A DNA stretch of 64,000 nt from NCBI RefSeq assembly GCF_004010195.1, contig NC_057749.1:5807339-5871338 (forward strand), read 5' to 3'. The notes beneath the pieces were generated by a model. That model did no database searches. It saw only the letters and a list, made by a program, of their open reading frames with translations, and was not told where the DNA came from. The position numbers and the translations under genes are program-made. Position 1 is the first letter of the stretch; every line of letters starts with the position of its first letter. Source of the DNA: Chiloscyllium plagiosum (Eukaryota). Positions 37,511-51,086 of this stretch are shown here, in pieces.

Positions 37511-39984
37511 GGATAAAAGTGATCTCAGCATTAGTAGTCCAGCAAAGCAATATTGTTTGAGAGCTTTTTATAACTTCTAACTTGCAGTAGGCCTTAACAC
37601 CGCTGGAAATGAAGACTACATTTACCTCACCTCAGAGTTACATTTTCATTTAGACAAAATGAGTTAGCTAGCTGTGAAGTAGACAACATGAGATTGGCAT
37701 GCAGCCACAGGACAAAGAGTTCCTAACACAAAGACTGAAATCATGTTTGAAAAAATGTCAGGTCTGCTTTATCCATCTAAAATCACAAAGAACTAAAGGC
37801 GAAAAAGGATCAGTGGAAAATACAATTTTTGATAAAATTGCTTCTGAACACTTTCCTTGTGCCACTTTTGAAGTAAAATTTTAAACAACATAATGTTGCC
37901 AAAAAGAATGGAAACTTTAAGAAAAATTCATTTGGAATTTTGCAGTTCAAATATTCTGGCAACAGGAAATAAACAGAAAAAGATGTATTGTCCTGTTCTG
38001 AAGCAGAGTCATACTGAATATGAAATGTTAACCCTGTTTCTCTCTCCACAAATGCTGCCAATTCTACTTAGATTTTCCAGAAATTTATGCTTTTATTTAA
38101 TATTTATTATCTGCTAGATTTTGGAACCTACAGCTTAAGCTGCAACATTCCAGTTCAAAGTGGAAATGAGTATAACTCCCTACATGTAATTTTCTTTGGG
38201 ACACGATAACATGAAGCAGCACCTCTAAAGGAACTATAACAGCATGTAAGAGCAAAATCAGCTGATTTGCCAGTTGCACAGAAAGTTGCACTTGCCACTA
38301 AGCAGTAATGACAGCTTTCAGCACTTGCTGAGTCACAGAGAAAGGTGTAAATGAGTATGGCACAGTCTTGAGCAGATTTGGATGCTAATATGAACAGATT
38401 ACAAATTGTCGCGTGGTAGTAGAGAACTTGAACATTGCTGAGAAATGAGACACGCTGCTGACCCTTTTAATCCTGCAGTTGTGAGGACAGGCAAAGAATA
38501 CCAGATTTCAAAGGGAGAAGTGATTTATATTGCATTGAAAAAGGGGACAAATTGGTTGGCATGTTGAATCTGATTGATTATATGAACATATGCTCATACT
38601 CAGGAACCAGTCCTCTGCAGGAAATAGGGACATGCTTGGGTATTGTGTCTTTCCTGAATTAAACAAGAACCATGGGTGATACTAGTTAACAACTGAAAGA
38701 ATTGCGGATGCTATAAATCAGAAACAAAAATTGAAATTGCTGGAAATGATCTGCACATCTGGCAGCATTGTGAAGAGAAATCAGAGTTAATGTTTCAGAT
38801 CGAGTGACATTTCCTCAGAACAGATAGTGGTTCCTTGGTGCATTTTCCATGACAACTCCTTGACCAATCACAGTCAACTTGCCAACCAAAAGCACCCTTT
38901 TCTCAAGCAGTAGAAATTGTTGCTTCCTTTGCAATTTGGCATTTTTGCACCTGCCCTGATGAGCGCAAGATGAAACGCTTCAATAAATTTAAAAATGGAT
39001 GCTGCCACTTAATGAATTATCTTCTTGTTATCGCATTGTGGATTGTCAGAACTCGCTGCATGCAAGTTGACTCCCTCACTTTCTGTGTTATGATAATGCA
39101 CATACTTTATCAAACATTGCACTGGTTGTAAGGTCCTTCAGAATTTCCTGAGATTGTGAAAGGCTCTGTGCAGATGTGCCCCTTTTCCATAATTGTAATT
39201 GCCCTGCTCAAGGGCTGACTGCATTTGTTTTGCAATTGTCAGTCCATCGTGCATGCACATACTGTGCTCAGCAATCAGTCTTGCTTGGTGTCAGATTCAG
39301 ATTGGATTTTGCTATTTTTGCTCTCATTGACACAAACTTGTGAATTGCATCTATTCATATCTTCATTCATTTAGTTTTATTTCTAGGAAACTGTAATGAT
39401 ACCAACCCAAATATAGACTCATCAAAAGACACAAGAAGGAAAGGAAACTGTAAATTCTGGCATTCTGAAACAAAATGAAATTTTGGAAATACACCCAGGA
39501 TAGCTAACATCTAAGAGGAGATGAAGTTTTAACAGTATTATGAATAGGGCTATTTATCAGAGCAAAATTCTAGTGAATAAGGGGACAAAAGTACCACTTG
39601 TTTTCAGTCATATGAAAAAACATAATGCCTTTTGCATATACTTTTTAACTGGATTGCAGCAAACCTGTCTATGGCTTTATGAACAAAGATCAGTCGATAT
39701 GAATCATAAACCCAGAGGAATCCCTTAGTCATGAGTGTCTTTGACTGACTCTGCATATTCACCAATCTCTCATTATTACAGGATCAGCTTGCATCAGTTT
39801 GACAATTTCTATGTATAAGATCGCCAATATTTCCAGATAAAATCAGTGTGTCTGGTTAATGTTTTCAGTGCTCAAACAAACTGAATTATTTTTCCCAGTC
39901 CACAGTAGGATATAATTCCATTATGTGAACTGAGATTCACCCAAAAGTTCACTTGATTAATGCTTTAGTCATGCATTCCATTTA

Positions 39985-40620
39985 ATACGGAATATGTTGT
40001 ACTTATAGGGGGTGTGCTATATTTACAGTTTGGTGTGCTGTATTTACAGGGGCTATACACTATTTCCAGTAAGATATGCTGTATTTACAGGGATTATGCT
40101 GTATTCATGATAGGATATTCTATATTTACAGGGGCTGTGCTATTTTCACAGTGTGATATGTGTATTTACAGGGATTCTGCTGTATTCACAGTGATATAGG
40201 CTTTATAGGGGCTATGCTGTATTCACAGTAGGATATGCTGCATTTACAGGAGCAATGCTGTATTCACAGTAGGATATGCTGTATATACATGGGCTATGCT
40301 ATTTTCACAGTAGGATATTCTGTATTTATAGGGGCTATGCTATTTTCACTGTGTGATACGTGTATTTACAGGAATTCTGCTTGTATTCACAGTGATATAT
40401 GCTTTATTTTCCGGGCCAAGCTGTATTCATAGTGGGATATGATGCATGTACAGGGCTATGCTGTATTTACAGGCGGAGCTGTTTTGTTTACAAATAGAGA
40501 TGCTGCATTTCCAGAGGTTTTGCTGTTTTCACAGGAGGCAATGCTGAATTGGAGGAGAGGCTGTATTTTGCCAGCTGTGCAGTAACTTTTGCTGGGTGGT
40601 ATGCATTGTGCTGTATTTTG
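39985..40620. repeat. Degenerate ~20-bp minisatellite (GCTGTATTTACAGGG/ATTCACAGTAGGATAT) with a higher-order period
   Basis: Recurrent ATGCTGTATT(T/C)ACAG units. Confidence 0.9.
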
Positions 40621-41269
40621 CCCCTTTATGTGTGTGTGTGGGGAGGGGTGGGGGGGATGGTGGGGGTGGTATTTTTGTGTTAGTACTGAGACCCAAACAG
40701 GTGCCAAAATTTGAAAGGAGGGAAATGAAGTTGAAAGATCATATGGAACAATGTTGGGTATGAGTGGGTGGTTGGCATACCACCAGAATCACCCCCCCCC
40801 CCCCCCTTGGGTTCAATGGAGGAAGACGGACAGCAACCATAAAAAAGTAACAAGGCTGACTCCATGTATCAGTGATAGACCCGCCCATACTACCCTCAAC
40901 AACTTTCTCCCCTCTATCCTTCATCAAGTGGGCCCTAGCATACACATCTCCCTCTTCCAAGCATTCACCTGCACCTTTCCTCTCTCCCTGTCCCACAGTT
41001 AATACCAGCATCTTATCATATACCACTAGTTCAGAGTCACTTTGTTCCTTCTTGCTCTTTCCAGATGTCAAATGGTCCCCACTTTTCCATCCATCACCAC
41101 CCCATCCTCATTTCATCTTTATTTCCCCTCACTACAAACTATAATGTCTGACCCATTCCCCCCTCAGTTTAGCTGCCCAAGGAAGGCTCACACTGGACAG
41201 GAGTCAGAATGTTAACTTTAGCTCTGGGTGAAAGCACTAAATGGGCAAAATTATCTCCACATTGCAATG

Positions 41270-41650
41270 AAAGGCTTGCATTTATATAGCACCTTTCATG
41301 ACCACAGGGTATCCCAAAGGTCCACATGGCCAATGAAGCCCTTTTCAAGTGTGAACACTGTGACGATTGTAGGAAATACAGCAGCCAACCTTGTGCACAG
41401 CAAGATCCCACAAACAACAATGGGATACTGCTTTAGTAATCTGTATTTTGTGATGTGGGATAACCATTGACCAGGACACTGCAAATAACTCCCCTGCTTT
41501 TGTTCGGATGAGATTTCACGGGTCCTTGACCAGAGAGGGCACATGTGACCACTGCTTTTGACCATTGTCAAAAAGATGCTATCTCCACCAGTACAGCATA
41601 CCTTCAGCACTGCATTGCATTGGAGTGTCAGCCTGCACAGTGAAGTTCCC
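41270..41650 (-). mobile_element. Ancient SINE with an L2-type tail (...GTGCTATATAAATGCAAG)
   Basis: Similar relics occur at about 29075-29480 and 61750-62070 (-), and 26660-26990 and 39050-39180 (+). Confidence 0.55.
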
Positions 41651-41989
41651 AAGTCTCACCTACTGCACTGGAAGATAAAGCACCAGCCCAACATCTTAGA
41701 ACATACTGAGTTCTCAGCACAGTGGTATGTTGTTAAAAGCAAACTCTTTCAGGTGGACATTGAAGGTTGTATGACACTGTTTGCAGAAAAGCAGCAAGTT
41801 CAGCCGACGTGCTAGCAAGCAAGACACCCTGAACAGCAAGAAATCATCCTGTACATCATTCAGTGGCACCATGCTGTGTAAAACAAAAAGGTTCCCTGTG
41901 CATTTTATTTAACAGCTGTCATCCTATACTTCATTGCGTATTAAGTGCTTTTGGAACCTTTGCAGAAATTCAATGAATAAATGCAAATT

Positions 41990-42175
41990 TAAAAATCACA
42001 CAACACCAGGTTATCGTCCAACAGGTGTAATTGGGAGCACTAGCTTTCAGAGCGCCACTCCTTCATTGCCACGTTCCGAAAGCTAGTGCTTCCAATTAAA
42101 CCTGCTGGATTATAACCTGGTGTCGTGTCATTTTTAACTTTGTACACTCCAGTCCAACACCGGCATTTCCAAATC
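41990..42175. mobile_element. Penelope-like inverted-repeat insertion (family C)
   Basis: Inverted arms of about 70 bp, a 13-bp TSD ATAAATGCAAATT (41977-41989 / 42176-42188) and CCGAAAGCTAGTG hammerhead half-motifs. Confidence 0.75.
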
Positions 42176-43329
42176 ATAAATGCAAATTGTTCTTCACATT
42201 TATCGCATTTAAATGAAACAGCGACATGTTCAGCTCTCATTTGTCAGTGTGAGTGTCACACTTTATTGTGAGGGACTTGGTCTCACAAAACCTGCTTTTT
42301 GGTGGGTTTCCCAGAATTGTGAGCCTTAAATCCTGATTTTTACCTTTCTGTCTCTGAACGTGGTTTCATAAATGGTGGGAAAATGACTGCCACTTGCTTG
42401 CCTGGTCAATGGCTTTATGCTTATCTCTGCAAAACAGTTTATAGCTCCCCTCCCTTGCTTCAAACCACCAACTAGCAAACTCCACAGAGAGGAAGCTGGG
42501 CAAATTATGAATTGAGTTGTGGGTGTAAAACTAGTGGAGGTGAATTGGCTGGTTGTTTTTCTTCCCAAGCTCCTTTCCCTATCTCTCTCTGTTGGAGCTG
42601 CAAATATACACTGCCTACTTCTGTTCCACACGGAAATCAGGGCTCTATTTCTTCACCCTTTCTTCTGATCTTTGAAACAGTAAAATCATCATGGATGACT
42701 CTCTCATTAGAGAGACAACTGGTGATAGTTTTAATCTGAGGGTCATCATACCTCAGGCAAAGTGAAAGGTTGAGAAGGAGGGACCTTTATGGTAACTTCA
42801 GCTGGTGCAAGAATTAAATGAGTCCTATTAGCTTCAAACTGTGTCACAAACAAACAAAGCTAACTGAATCCCAGAAACAGGCAGATGTCTTGGATACCTA
42901 TTGCCAGTGTCAATCAGGATCTGAGGACAGTTAGTCCTTTAATACTTTCTTCCAGGTATGGATAGTTAAAAAAACTTCAACTCTTGTGTATGTTGGTGCA
43001 ATGTGAATGGATTTTTTAAAAATTCATTTACAAAGTGTGGGCATTTATTGCCCAGAGGGCAGTTATGAGTCAACCACATTGCTGTGGGTTAGGAACCACA
43101 TGTAGGGCAGAACGGGTAAGGATGGCAGCTTCCTTCTCTGAAGGACATAGTCAACCAGATGGATTTTTCCACCGTGGTAATGGTCATCATTGATTCCAAA
43201 TATTTATTGGATTCAAATTCCACCATCTACTCTGGCAGGATTTGAACCTGGGTTGCTAGAACATTACCTTGGGTTTCAGGAGTAATAACTCAGTAATGAT
43301 TCCACTAGGCTATTGCCTCCCCGTAAATG

Positions 43330-44150
43330 GCTTTGTTTTAGAATTGGTAGATGAGTGGTATGATTACAGCTCTTGTTGAAGAGTTTGGTGGAATAGACAG
43401 AAAGAAACAGTTTCCTTGTGTGGAGGAGTTGAGAAGAAGGGGACATAAACAAAAAAAAAAGATTAAGCCAGATGAAAAGAAATCCTTCTTCAAACAGTGT
43501 ATTGTGAAAATTTGGAACTTTCTACTCCTAAAAGCTGTTAAGGTTGAAGGATAATTGAAAATGTTAAAATTGAGATTGGCAGATTTTTGTTGGGTGAGGG
43601 TACTAAGGACTACAGAACACAAGAAGCTGAAGTCAGAGTAGACTGTTCAGTCCCTCAAGCCTGCCCCACCATTTGATAAGTTTATGGCTGTAATCTCAAC
43701 TCTACTTTCCCGCCTGCCTCCTGTATCTCCTGAATCCCTTGTTGATCTGAAATCCATCTTGCTAAACCTTGAATATATTCAATGACCTGCTACTCTCTGG
43801 GAAAGAAAATTCCTCAGGCTAACAACTCCATGAGAGAAGAAGAAAGCAGGAATTATCAGCAGTGCTTTGCCCGGAGGCCTACTGAAAACATTACCGGGTA
43901 AGGTGATGAAACGTCTGGAAGTGAACCTTCCAGCTCAGCTAGCAAACCTATATCCAGAAGAAATTTCCTCCTCATCTCCCTTTAACATTTAAACTGTTCT
44001 AGATATCCCTGGAAGGGAAAACTTCCTTCCAGCGTCCACCCTGTCTCGCCCTCAACTGCAGTTAGTCATTGAGTTCAGAAACAGATCAGCTATGGTCTAA
44101 TTGAATGCCAGAACAGGTTTGAGGGGCTGAATGGTATTCTCCTGTTCCTA
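43330..44150. mobile_element. Nested CR1 3' ends (+ and -) with an inserted Penelope-like fragment (about 43840-43960)
   Basis: CR1 tails in both orientations. The insert contains ...GGTGATGAAACGTCTG and is flanked by AGAAGAA repeats. Confidence 0.6.
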
Positions 44151-45280
44151 AGTTTAGAGGTTTAAAGGCAGGTATCCTGCAGGACTCATCTAGAAATAAA
44201 GAAATCTCGAAGAGGAACTTGACCAACAGGAAACTATCGGTGAGAAGAGTTAAAGAATTACCAGGAATTTCTTTGAAGCTGAGCTGTGACAAATAGAACT
44301 TAATTCTGCCTTTAACCTAGCAACATTGCAATGGTTTTGGACATCTTTCTAGATGAAAGGCATGATATAATTGCAAATCGCTACAGTAGCAACTGATCCA
44401 TGACAGCACCTGTGTACAAAAGGAAAAATTGACAATATTGTGAAAACACTTTAATGGAAGTTGTTTGGTATAGGTTTTCATCTCTTGTAGTTGGTAATAA
44501 GGAAAAAAAACCCCTCCAATTTTCAGTAATTTCACTGAATCAAAAACCTCAAGGATTAATTTCAACTTTTGGTGCTAATCAGGCTTTTAACCTAGCCCAC
44601 CATTGAACCATTCTAAATTGCTGAGTTCCCTCCCACCAAATTTGCCCCATGAGCAATCATGTATATTTCAGGTTTATGAGCCATGATATTTTAAAACACG
44701 CTCGATTCAGAAATGATCCCTTTAGATTGGAAGATTGCAACTGTAGTCCCATTGTTGAAGAGAGAAGGAGGAAAGAACAAGAAATGATCGACCTATTAGT
44801 AGAATTTTAAATTTTTGCCAGAGTTGATTGAGCCACTTGAAAAAAATTGAGCTTAATAGCAAGAGCCAACATGGATTTGTGAGCCTTGGATCATGTCTTA
44901 TATTCCTGACTGAGGAAGTAACTAAAGTGATAAATGGCAAATGTCCGAAGATGTAGTTTACATGGATTTCCTGAAAGTATTTCATTCCGAATAAGAAGCA
45001 ATTAGCTAAAATTAAAGCTCATGGATTTTAGTGACCTGTTCGTAAGATTTGTTGGGTAAATAGGAAGCTTGATTTTTCCCCTGGGTCAGGGAAGTAAGTT
45101 CAGGGCTGTTTGTGGATCCTGAACCCACAGTTGGAGAGAAACAATCACTCATTTGAGCTTTTACTGTGATACTCCCTTAATTTGAATGGGACAAAGCAAT
45201 TAAGCACAGCGGGTTAGCTTTCAAAACTGATAGGCCAATCACAGACCTTGCAACTTGAGGCGAGTGGCAATGGAAGGCGA

Positions 45281-45405
45281 GATGTGGAGGTGCCGGTGTC
45301 GGACTGGGGTGAACAAAGTCAGAAGTCACACAACACCAGGTTATAACTCAACAGGTTTATTTGAAATCACAAGCTTTTGGCGCACTGCCCCTTCATCAGG
45401 TGAAG
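45281..45405 (-). mobile_element. Penelope-like terminal fragment (family C)
   Basis: The minus strand reads CAC-CTGATGA-AGGGGCAGTGCGCC-AAAAGCTT-GTG. Confidence 0.7.
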
Positions 45406-45950
45406 AGGCAAAAAGAAGCCAAGAGAAGGTGGGTTTACCTTCAACCTCTTTCTAACTATTCCTAATCTTTCCTTTGTAATGTGTATTTAACAACCAGGTG
45501 ACCACTCTAGCGGAAGATAATAAATGTTGTATTACTGGCTTTTAACACAAGCCTACTAAACACTGACAGGGAAACAAAATGAAGGGTTCTTTAATGGAGG
45601 ATAGCAGCAGCCCAGGAGACTGTGCTACTATCACTGTTCCACCTACTATTGCACTTGTTAACTTACATCACTTTACATAAAGGTAGTTCTAATATAATGT
45701 GATGGTTGCATTCTTATGCATTATAGAAAAATCACGCTTTAGATACAGCATTTAAAGTCTGGGGGTGGTAATCGCTTTACAGCCAATACATGTTTTTAAA
45801 GTTTGCGCTTTAGAAACAGTGTCCCCACTTCATCAAACACGTTACACCGAATTCACATTAACGAAACAGGCGTAATAGCAGAATGACCTGTGTTTAGCAG
45901 TTTGTCAATCAAGTTAATCTACATGCAATTCAAGACGATATCAGACCAAG

Positions 45951-46085
45951 GAGGAGAAAGTGAGGACTGCAGATGCTGGAGATCAGAGCTTAAAAATGTG
46001 TTGCTGGAAAAGCGCAGCAGGTCAGGCAGCATCAAAGGAGCAGGAGAATCGACATTTCGGGCATAAGCCCTTCTTCAGGAATCTT
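45951..46085 (-). mobile_element. Penelope-like terminal fragment (family A)
   Basis: Imperfect TSD TCAGACCAAG / TCAGATCAAG. Confidence 0.85.
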
Positions 46086-46499
46086 TCAGATCAAGGAAGG
46101 GAGGCGCGCTGTGGGCAGGCTCTTGGATTCTCCTGTACCCAGGTGCACAGAGAAAGCCTCTAAACCTGCTTTGAGTGTTGGTTCCCCTTCACCCACCAAG
46201 CCTACTGCCGGGCCCCTACCTATAAGCACCTAAACCTGCTCCCTGGTGGCGTGGAACCTGGAAGTCAATGGAAAATTCCATCCACTTTCCTTTGAATTGG
46301 TTCCAGTTGGACATTTCATAAGCCTAATTGGCTACCCAGCATATGCAAAAGTGACACTTCTGCAAACATGGCCAGGAGCTGGGACTCAACCAGGAAACCA
46401 ACATCCCAGTCAACAGGGCTAATTTTTGGTGCCCAGCTGTTTCCAATTTCTGCTCCAGCAGAAAATTTAACTCAGTGAATACGGATAATGGATATGTAC

Positions 46500-47620
46500 C
46501 TGAATGAGAAGGAAGTAATTAATGATGTCCCAAAAGGATCTTTACTGGGGACGAACCATTCTCATGGTATCTATTAATGACTTTGATTCTGATACAATGA
46601 GCCATATATCCACGTACACTGATGGCACACAGATTGATGACATTGTAAGTAGTGTAGACGGAAGTATAAAATTACCAAGAGACATTCATAGAACAAATGA
46701 GACACAGATGAATTTGAAGGAGGTCCTCCAGTTTGGACCAAAAAGAGACAGAACAAAATGATACTTAAATGATAAATGACTAGATCAGTGGAGAAATTTA
46801 AAGATGATATACATATTACCAAAATGCAGTAATCAAGCACAAAGCAACATTGAAAAAGCCTAATATATACCTAATTAAGCAAGTAAATTATGTAATTATT
46901 AACTTGAGAGCTAGAATATAAAAAGGAGAACTGTTACTAGAACTATACAACATCCTATACAACATCTTATATCACATTCCTGATGAAGGGCTTATACACG
47001 AAATGTCGACTCTCCTGCTCCTCGGATGCTGCCTGACCTGCTGTGCTTTTCCAGTGCCACACCTTTCAACTCTAACTCTCCAGCATCTGCAGTCCTCACT
47101 TTCTCCTAGAACAATGCAAAGTCTTAATTAGGCAATGCATTGTATAATTTGGATCTCCACACCTTATAACGGATATATTGGCCTCAAAGGGAAGATTCAA
47201 TAAATATTGTCAGGGGTTCAAGGGTTAGATTATGATGGTTTGATTAAATAAGCAATGCTTTGATTCCTCAGAATATGGAAGGTCAAGCAGCTTTGTGACT
47301 GAGGTTTTCCTCAGTTTAAAAGGAGTTGGGACAGGTGTAGAAAATGTTTTTTTTCCATTAATGGAAAGCCAAGGATAAGTGGACAAAATCCTAAACTCAA
47401 AGTCAGGCCATTTGGGAGAGATGTTAGGAAATATTACTTCATCAAATACTGCAATTCAATACTTGGGTCAATCAGATTTAAATCTGAAACTGTTGAACTT
47501 TTGTCAGCTAAAAGCTTAGAGAGATTTGGAATGAGTGGATACAGCTAGGAAGCAGATCAGTTATGATCTAACTGATTGGCATGATAGATTTTGAGGGCTG
47601 AATGGTACACTTCAGTTCCA
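46500..47620 (+). mobile_element. Very old CR1 RT/3' fragment, interrupted by a Penelope-like fragment (+, 46975-47107)
   Basis: INDFD...STYTDGTQI is a degenerate INDLD...FADDTKI. The insert begins CATTCCTGATGAAGGG. Confidence 0.65.
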
Positions 47621-48158
47621 TGAGTCTATTTTCTGGATCAATTGCTTATTTGTGGTGCCCTTTTCATAACTTGATCTGTCTAGGTTTCTGTTGGTTTAAC
47701 CATGGAATTTCTTTGTTTGGTTCATGCTTATGGGCCAAGTTACACTATAGTTTGACCATTGCCTTCTGCAGGATGGCTGATTGGGAAACTCTCTCCCTCT
47801 TGCTGCCTGCCATCAGGAGTATTATGAAGATTCATGGATTGATAATGAACCTGGTTAGCCAGACTTTGAATGTACCTAGTGCAGGACCTGAACCTTGAGC
47901 TTCTGATGAGACATTAGGGATCCTCTCAGTGCACACTGAAGAACCTCCTCACTAATCTGATATACAGTCAACTAACGCAACCCTAAGGGCTATTCCTGCC
48001 TGGGCTACAATTACTTTAGGTCATGGCTGAACAAGAAAACCTTGGTGTGCCCTACTCAACCAGGTAACCAGTGCAGCAGGCTTTCTGTTAGGGGTGAAGG
48101 AAGGCTAACCCTTCTTCTATACTCATTTACGCATCATTGAGGGACTGCTCACTATACA

Positions 48159-48352
48159 TGAATCTATGGAATTCTCTGCCCCAGAAGGTTCTGAGATGCC
48201 ATTATTGAATACGTCATTATCATAGTCCACTCAGCCCATAGTGCTGCATGGATTCCATTATCTATTGCAAATCTCCTATCTTTACCTAATATTGCTGCAC
48301 ACCATTTCTATCTAAATAGTCACAAATAGTCATCTGATATCCTCTTGAATCC
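48159..48352 (+). repeat. 194-bp direct duplicate of 49471-49664
   Basis: Only two mismatches seen by eye. Confidence 0.92.
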
Positions 48353-48512
48353 TCTTGATGGGCACTGATATAAAACTAGATATAGGTAATATGGTATTGA
48401 AAGATTCAACAGATATTTGTTATAGCTCCTGATATATACATGTCACAGGCACTTGAGGATCTAGGCTATTGCTAAGTAATTCAATTACAAACAGTTGCAT
48501 GCTTTCAACAGA

Positions 48513-48717
48513 TGTACAACGTTAAAAATCACACAATACCAGGTTATATTCCAACAGGTTTATTTGGAAGCAATAGCTTCGGTGTGCTGCTCCTTCATCA
48601 GGTAAGTCGTGGTGCTCTGAAAGCCAATGCTTCCAATTAAACCTGTTGGACTATAACCTGTTGTTGCGCGATTATTTAACTTTGTCCACCCAGTCCAACA
48701 CCGGCTCCTCCACATCA
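48513..48717. mobile_element. Penelope-like inverted-repeat insertion (family C)
   Basis: Inverted arms, with minus-strand CTGATGAAGGAGCAGCACACCGAAGCTA. Confidence 0.72.
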
Positions 48718-50613
48718 CGGCTACCTTCAACTTCAAGTTGAAGTTGCTCCATACTTCATGTTGTATCATACTTCAAGTTGCTCCATTTAAGATGGAGTCA
48801 GAGACCTTTGTACCTTCAGGTCACATGACATGATACAATGATTATATCATGTTCTTAAAGGTATACTGCATGCTAACTGTGAAACATACATAGTATATGG
48901 CACTGACAGTGTAACAAAATGTCCCAAGGATATTATCAGTTATTTTATAAAATGACACATAGCCTCATAAGGAAGGATGGGTGGCAAAATGCATAAGTAT
49001 AAAGCTGGGTTTAACTGAGCACCTTAAAGGAGGAGAGAGAGGCGGAGATGCAATGGATTTTTGTAGCTTATTGTCCAAGGCTTTTTTTTTTAGCTTTTTT
49101 GACATTGATTAAAGTGCAGGAACAAAGACAATTTGTGGGAGAATTGTACATGATTTTACTGGAAACATTGCAGTTGTTGGTGTTCATATTAAGAACCGTG
49201 CTTGAAGTGATCTGGTGAAGTTTCACTAAATTAGTCCCTGGGAGGATGGTTGGCCATTGTGATGACAGTTTGAATAATTGGCCTTATATTCGATGGAGTT
49301 CAGAAGAACAAGAGGTGATTTAATTGAAACACAATTGTTTCTGAAGGGGCTTGGTCAGCACTGATGCTCTTTCTGCTGGCTGGGGATTCTGAAACAGGGG
49401 CACAAGATCAATTTAAGGGGCCAATCAATTAGGACGAAGATGAGAAGAAATTTGCTCACTCAAGGGGTTGTGAATCTATGGAATTCTCTGCCCCAGAAGG
49501 TTCTGGGATGCCATTATTGAATACGTCATTATCATAGTCCACTCAGCCCATAGTGCTGCATGGATTCCATTATCTATTGCAAATCTCCTATCTTTACCTA
49601 ATATTGCTGCACACCATTTCTATCCAAATAGTCACAAATAGTCATCTGATATCCTCTTGAATCCCTCAATTGAATGCCACCTCCACCACATTTCCAAGCA
49701 GTGCATTCCAAAAATTTAAGATTATGATAGGCAGATGTTTGGTCTCTTAGAGAAACAAGGGAGTTGGGAAGTTGAGTTGAAGTCCTTGATCAGCTTTTGA
49801 ATATAGAAGCAATATAAAGGGGCTGAATGGTTTACTCCAGCTCCTATTGTGTTGAGGTCTTGCCTTCAAGCTGCTGAAGAGACAGTTACCAATGGTGAGG
49901 CGAAGAAAATGGCAGGGTGTGGTGGTGGGTATATGCCAAAGGGGATGAAACTGAGCGATTAGAGAGATCTCAGGGTGAGGTTCTTGGTGCACAGTGGTCG
50001 TGTGAGCCAAGAGGCCCTGATTCAAGCCCCACCTGTTCTAGAAGTGTGTAATAACATCTCTGAATGGGTTATGTAGAAAATATCCTGAACTAGAGTGAGG
50101 GCTCTGTTGGAAGACGAGAGGAACGTTATTGGTAACAGATCAGGACACGCTAAGTTGTCACCAAAATAGCATCAAAATGATGATAGCTTGTGAGCTGAAC
50201 TTGGCACCGCTTAATAGGAGATGGAATTTAGAATCTGTCGGTAGCTCTACAATAATTGTTTGGACAGTTTCAAAAGCATAATCTCGGAGTAAAGGCATTT
50301 AGGTGAAGCATTATTTTAAATGTTATGGTGGACTGCCATTTCCCATAATCTAGGTTGGTTGTAGCCTTGGCAGAGTAATGCCAAGATAGCAGCTGCTTCA
50401 AAACCAGTGTCAATTGAATCACCTGAGTCATAATTAACATGCCACATCATCCAAATTCATCATCTGCAAATGTGAAAATTCTTGTAAACAATCCAAGTTG
50501 CTTGGACACCCCACAGATGCTGATAGTTGACAAGGTTTTACACAACTTTACATAATTCACAACTATTGGCAGTAAGTAGCAAAATCACCAACCCTAGGTG
50601 GACCAGCATCAGG

Positions 50614-51086
50614 TGTAAAGAGTGCAGTGGCGTCTATTGTTCCTGGCACTAGATTAGTCCCCTCACTAACACAAAATGGAGAGTCCTTCACTGATCCAGC
50701 TCCCTCACGGCCGGTTCGCAGGGTGGGTACAACCTCTGACACTCCTGTTTATGTTTTTGTTTTCTTTCTACTTTTTTACCCTGCACTACCGCCTAACTGC
50801 GGTAGTGCTTATATTGTCCCCAGCACCCATGATGTGTGTGTGCAGGCGTGAGATACAGTGAAAGACAACAGGCGTACAAATCTTTAATCATTTTCCACCA
50901 CCAGGAAGAAAGGAAACACCCGAGTGGCCAGTGACAAGCAGTGCCCTTCTCAAAAGGTAATGCTACTGTGTCTCTGCTGTTTATATCTGTCAGCCAGGGA
51001 TCCCTGATAGGACTGGATTAACAGCCCCAATCAGAGAACTTATATTCAATGAGGTCCACCTGACTGAGCCCGTTACCATCGCTACA
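50614..51086 (-). mobile_element. Solo LTR (related to 3592-4451) interrupted at its TATA box
   Basis: Ends ...ATCGCTACA, with a CCAAT/TATA region homologous to 4350-4451. The left end is approximate. Confidence 0.6.
50753..50971 (-). mobile_element. Fourth copy of the short poly(A)-tailed retroposon
   Basis: Same body as 4081-4285, flanked by CTCCTGTTTAT and CTGCTGTTTAT. Confidence 0.75.

Noticed and set aside
46538..46565. TCTTTACTGGGGAC, resembling the HCN exon-2 start (FYWD)
   Set aside because: It is a decayed CR1 RT motif (PQGSVLGP...INDL), with no acceptor site and no continuing HCN peptide.
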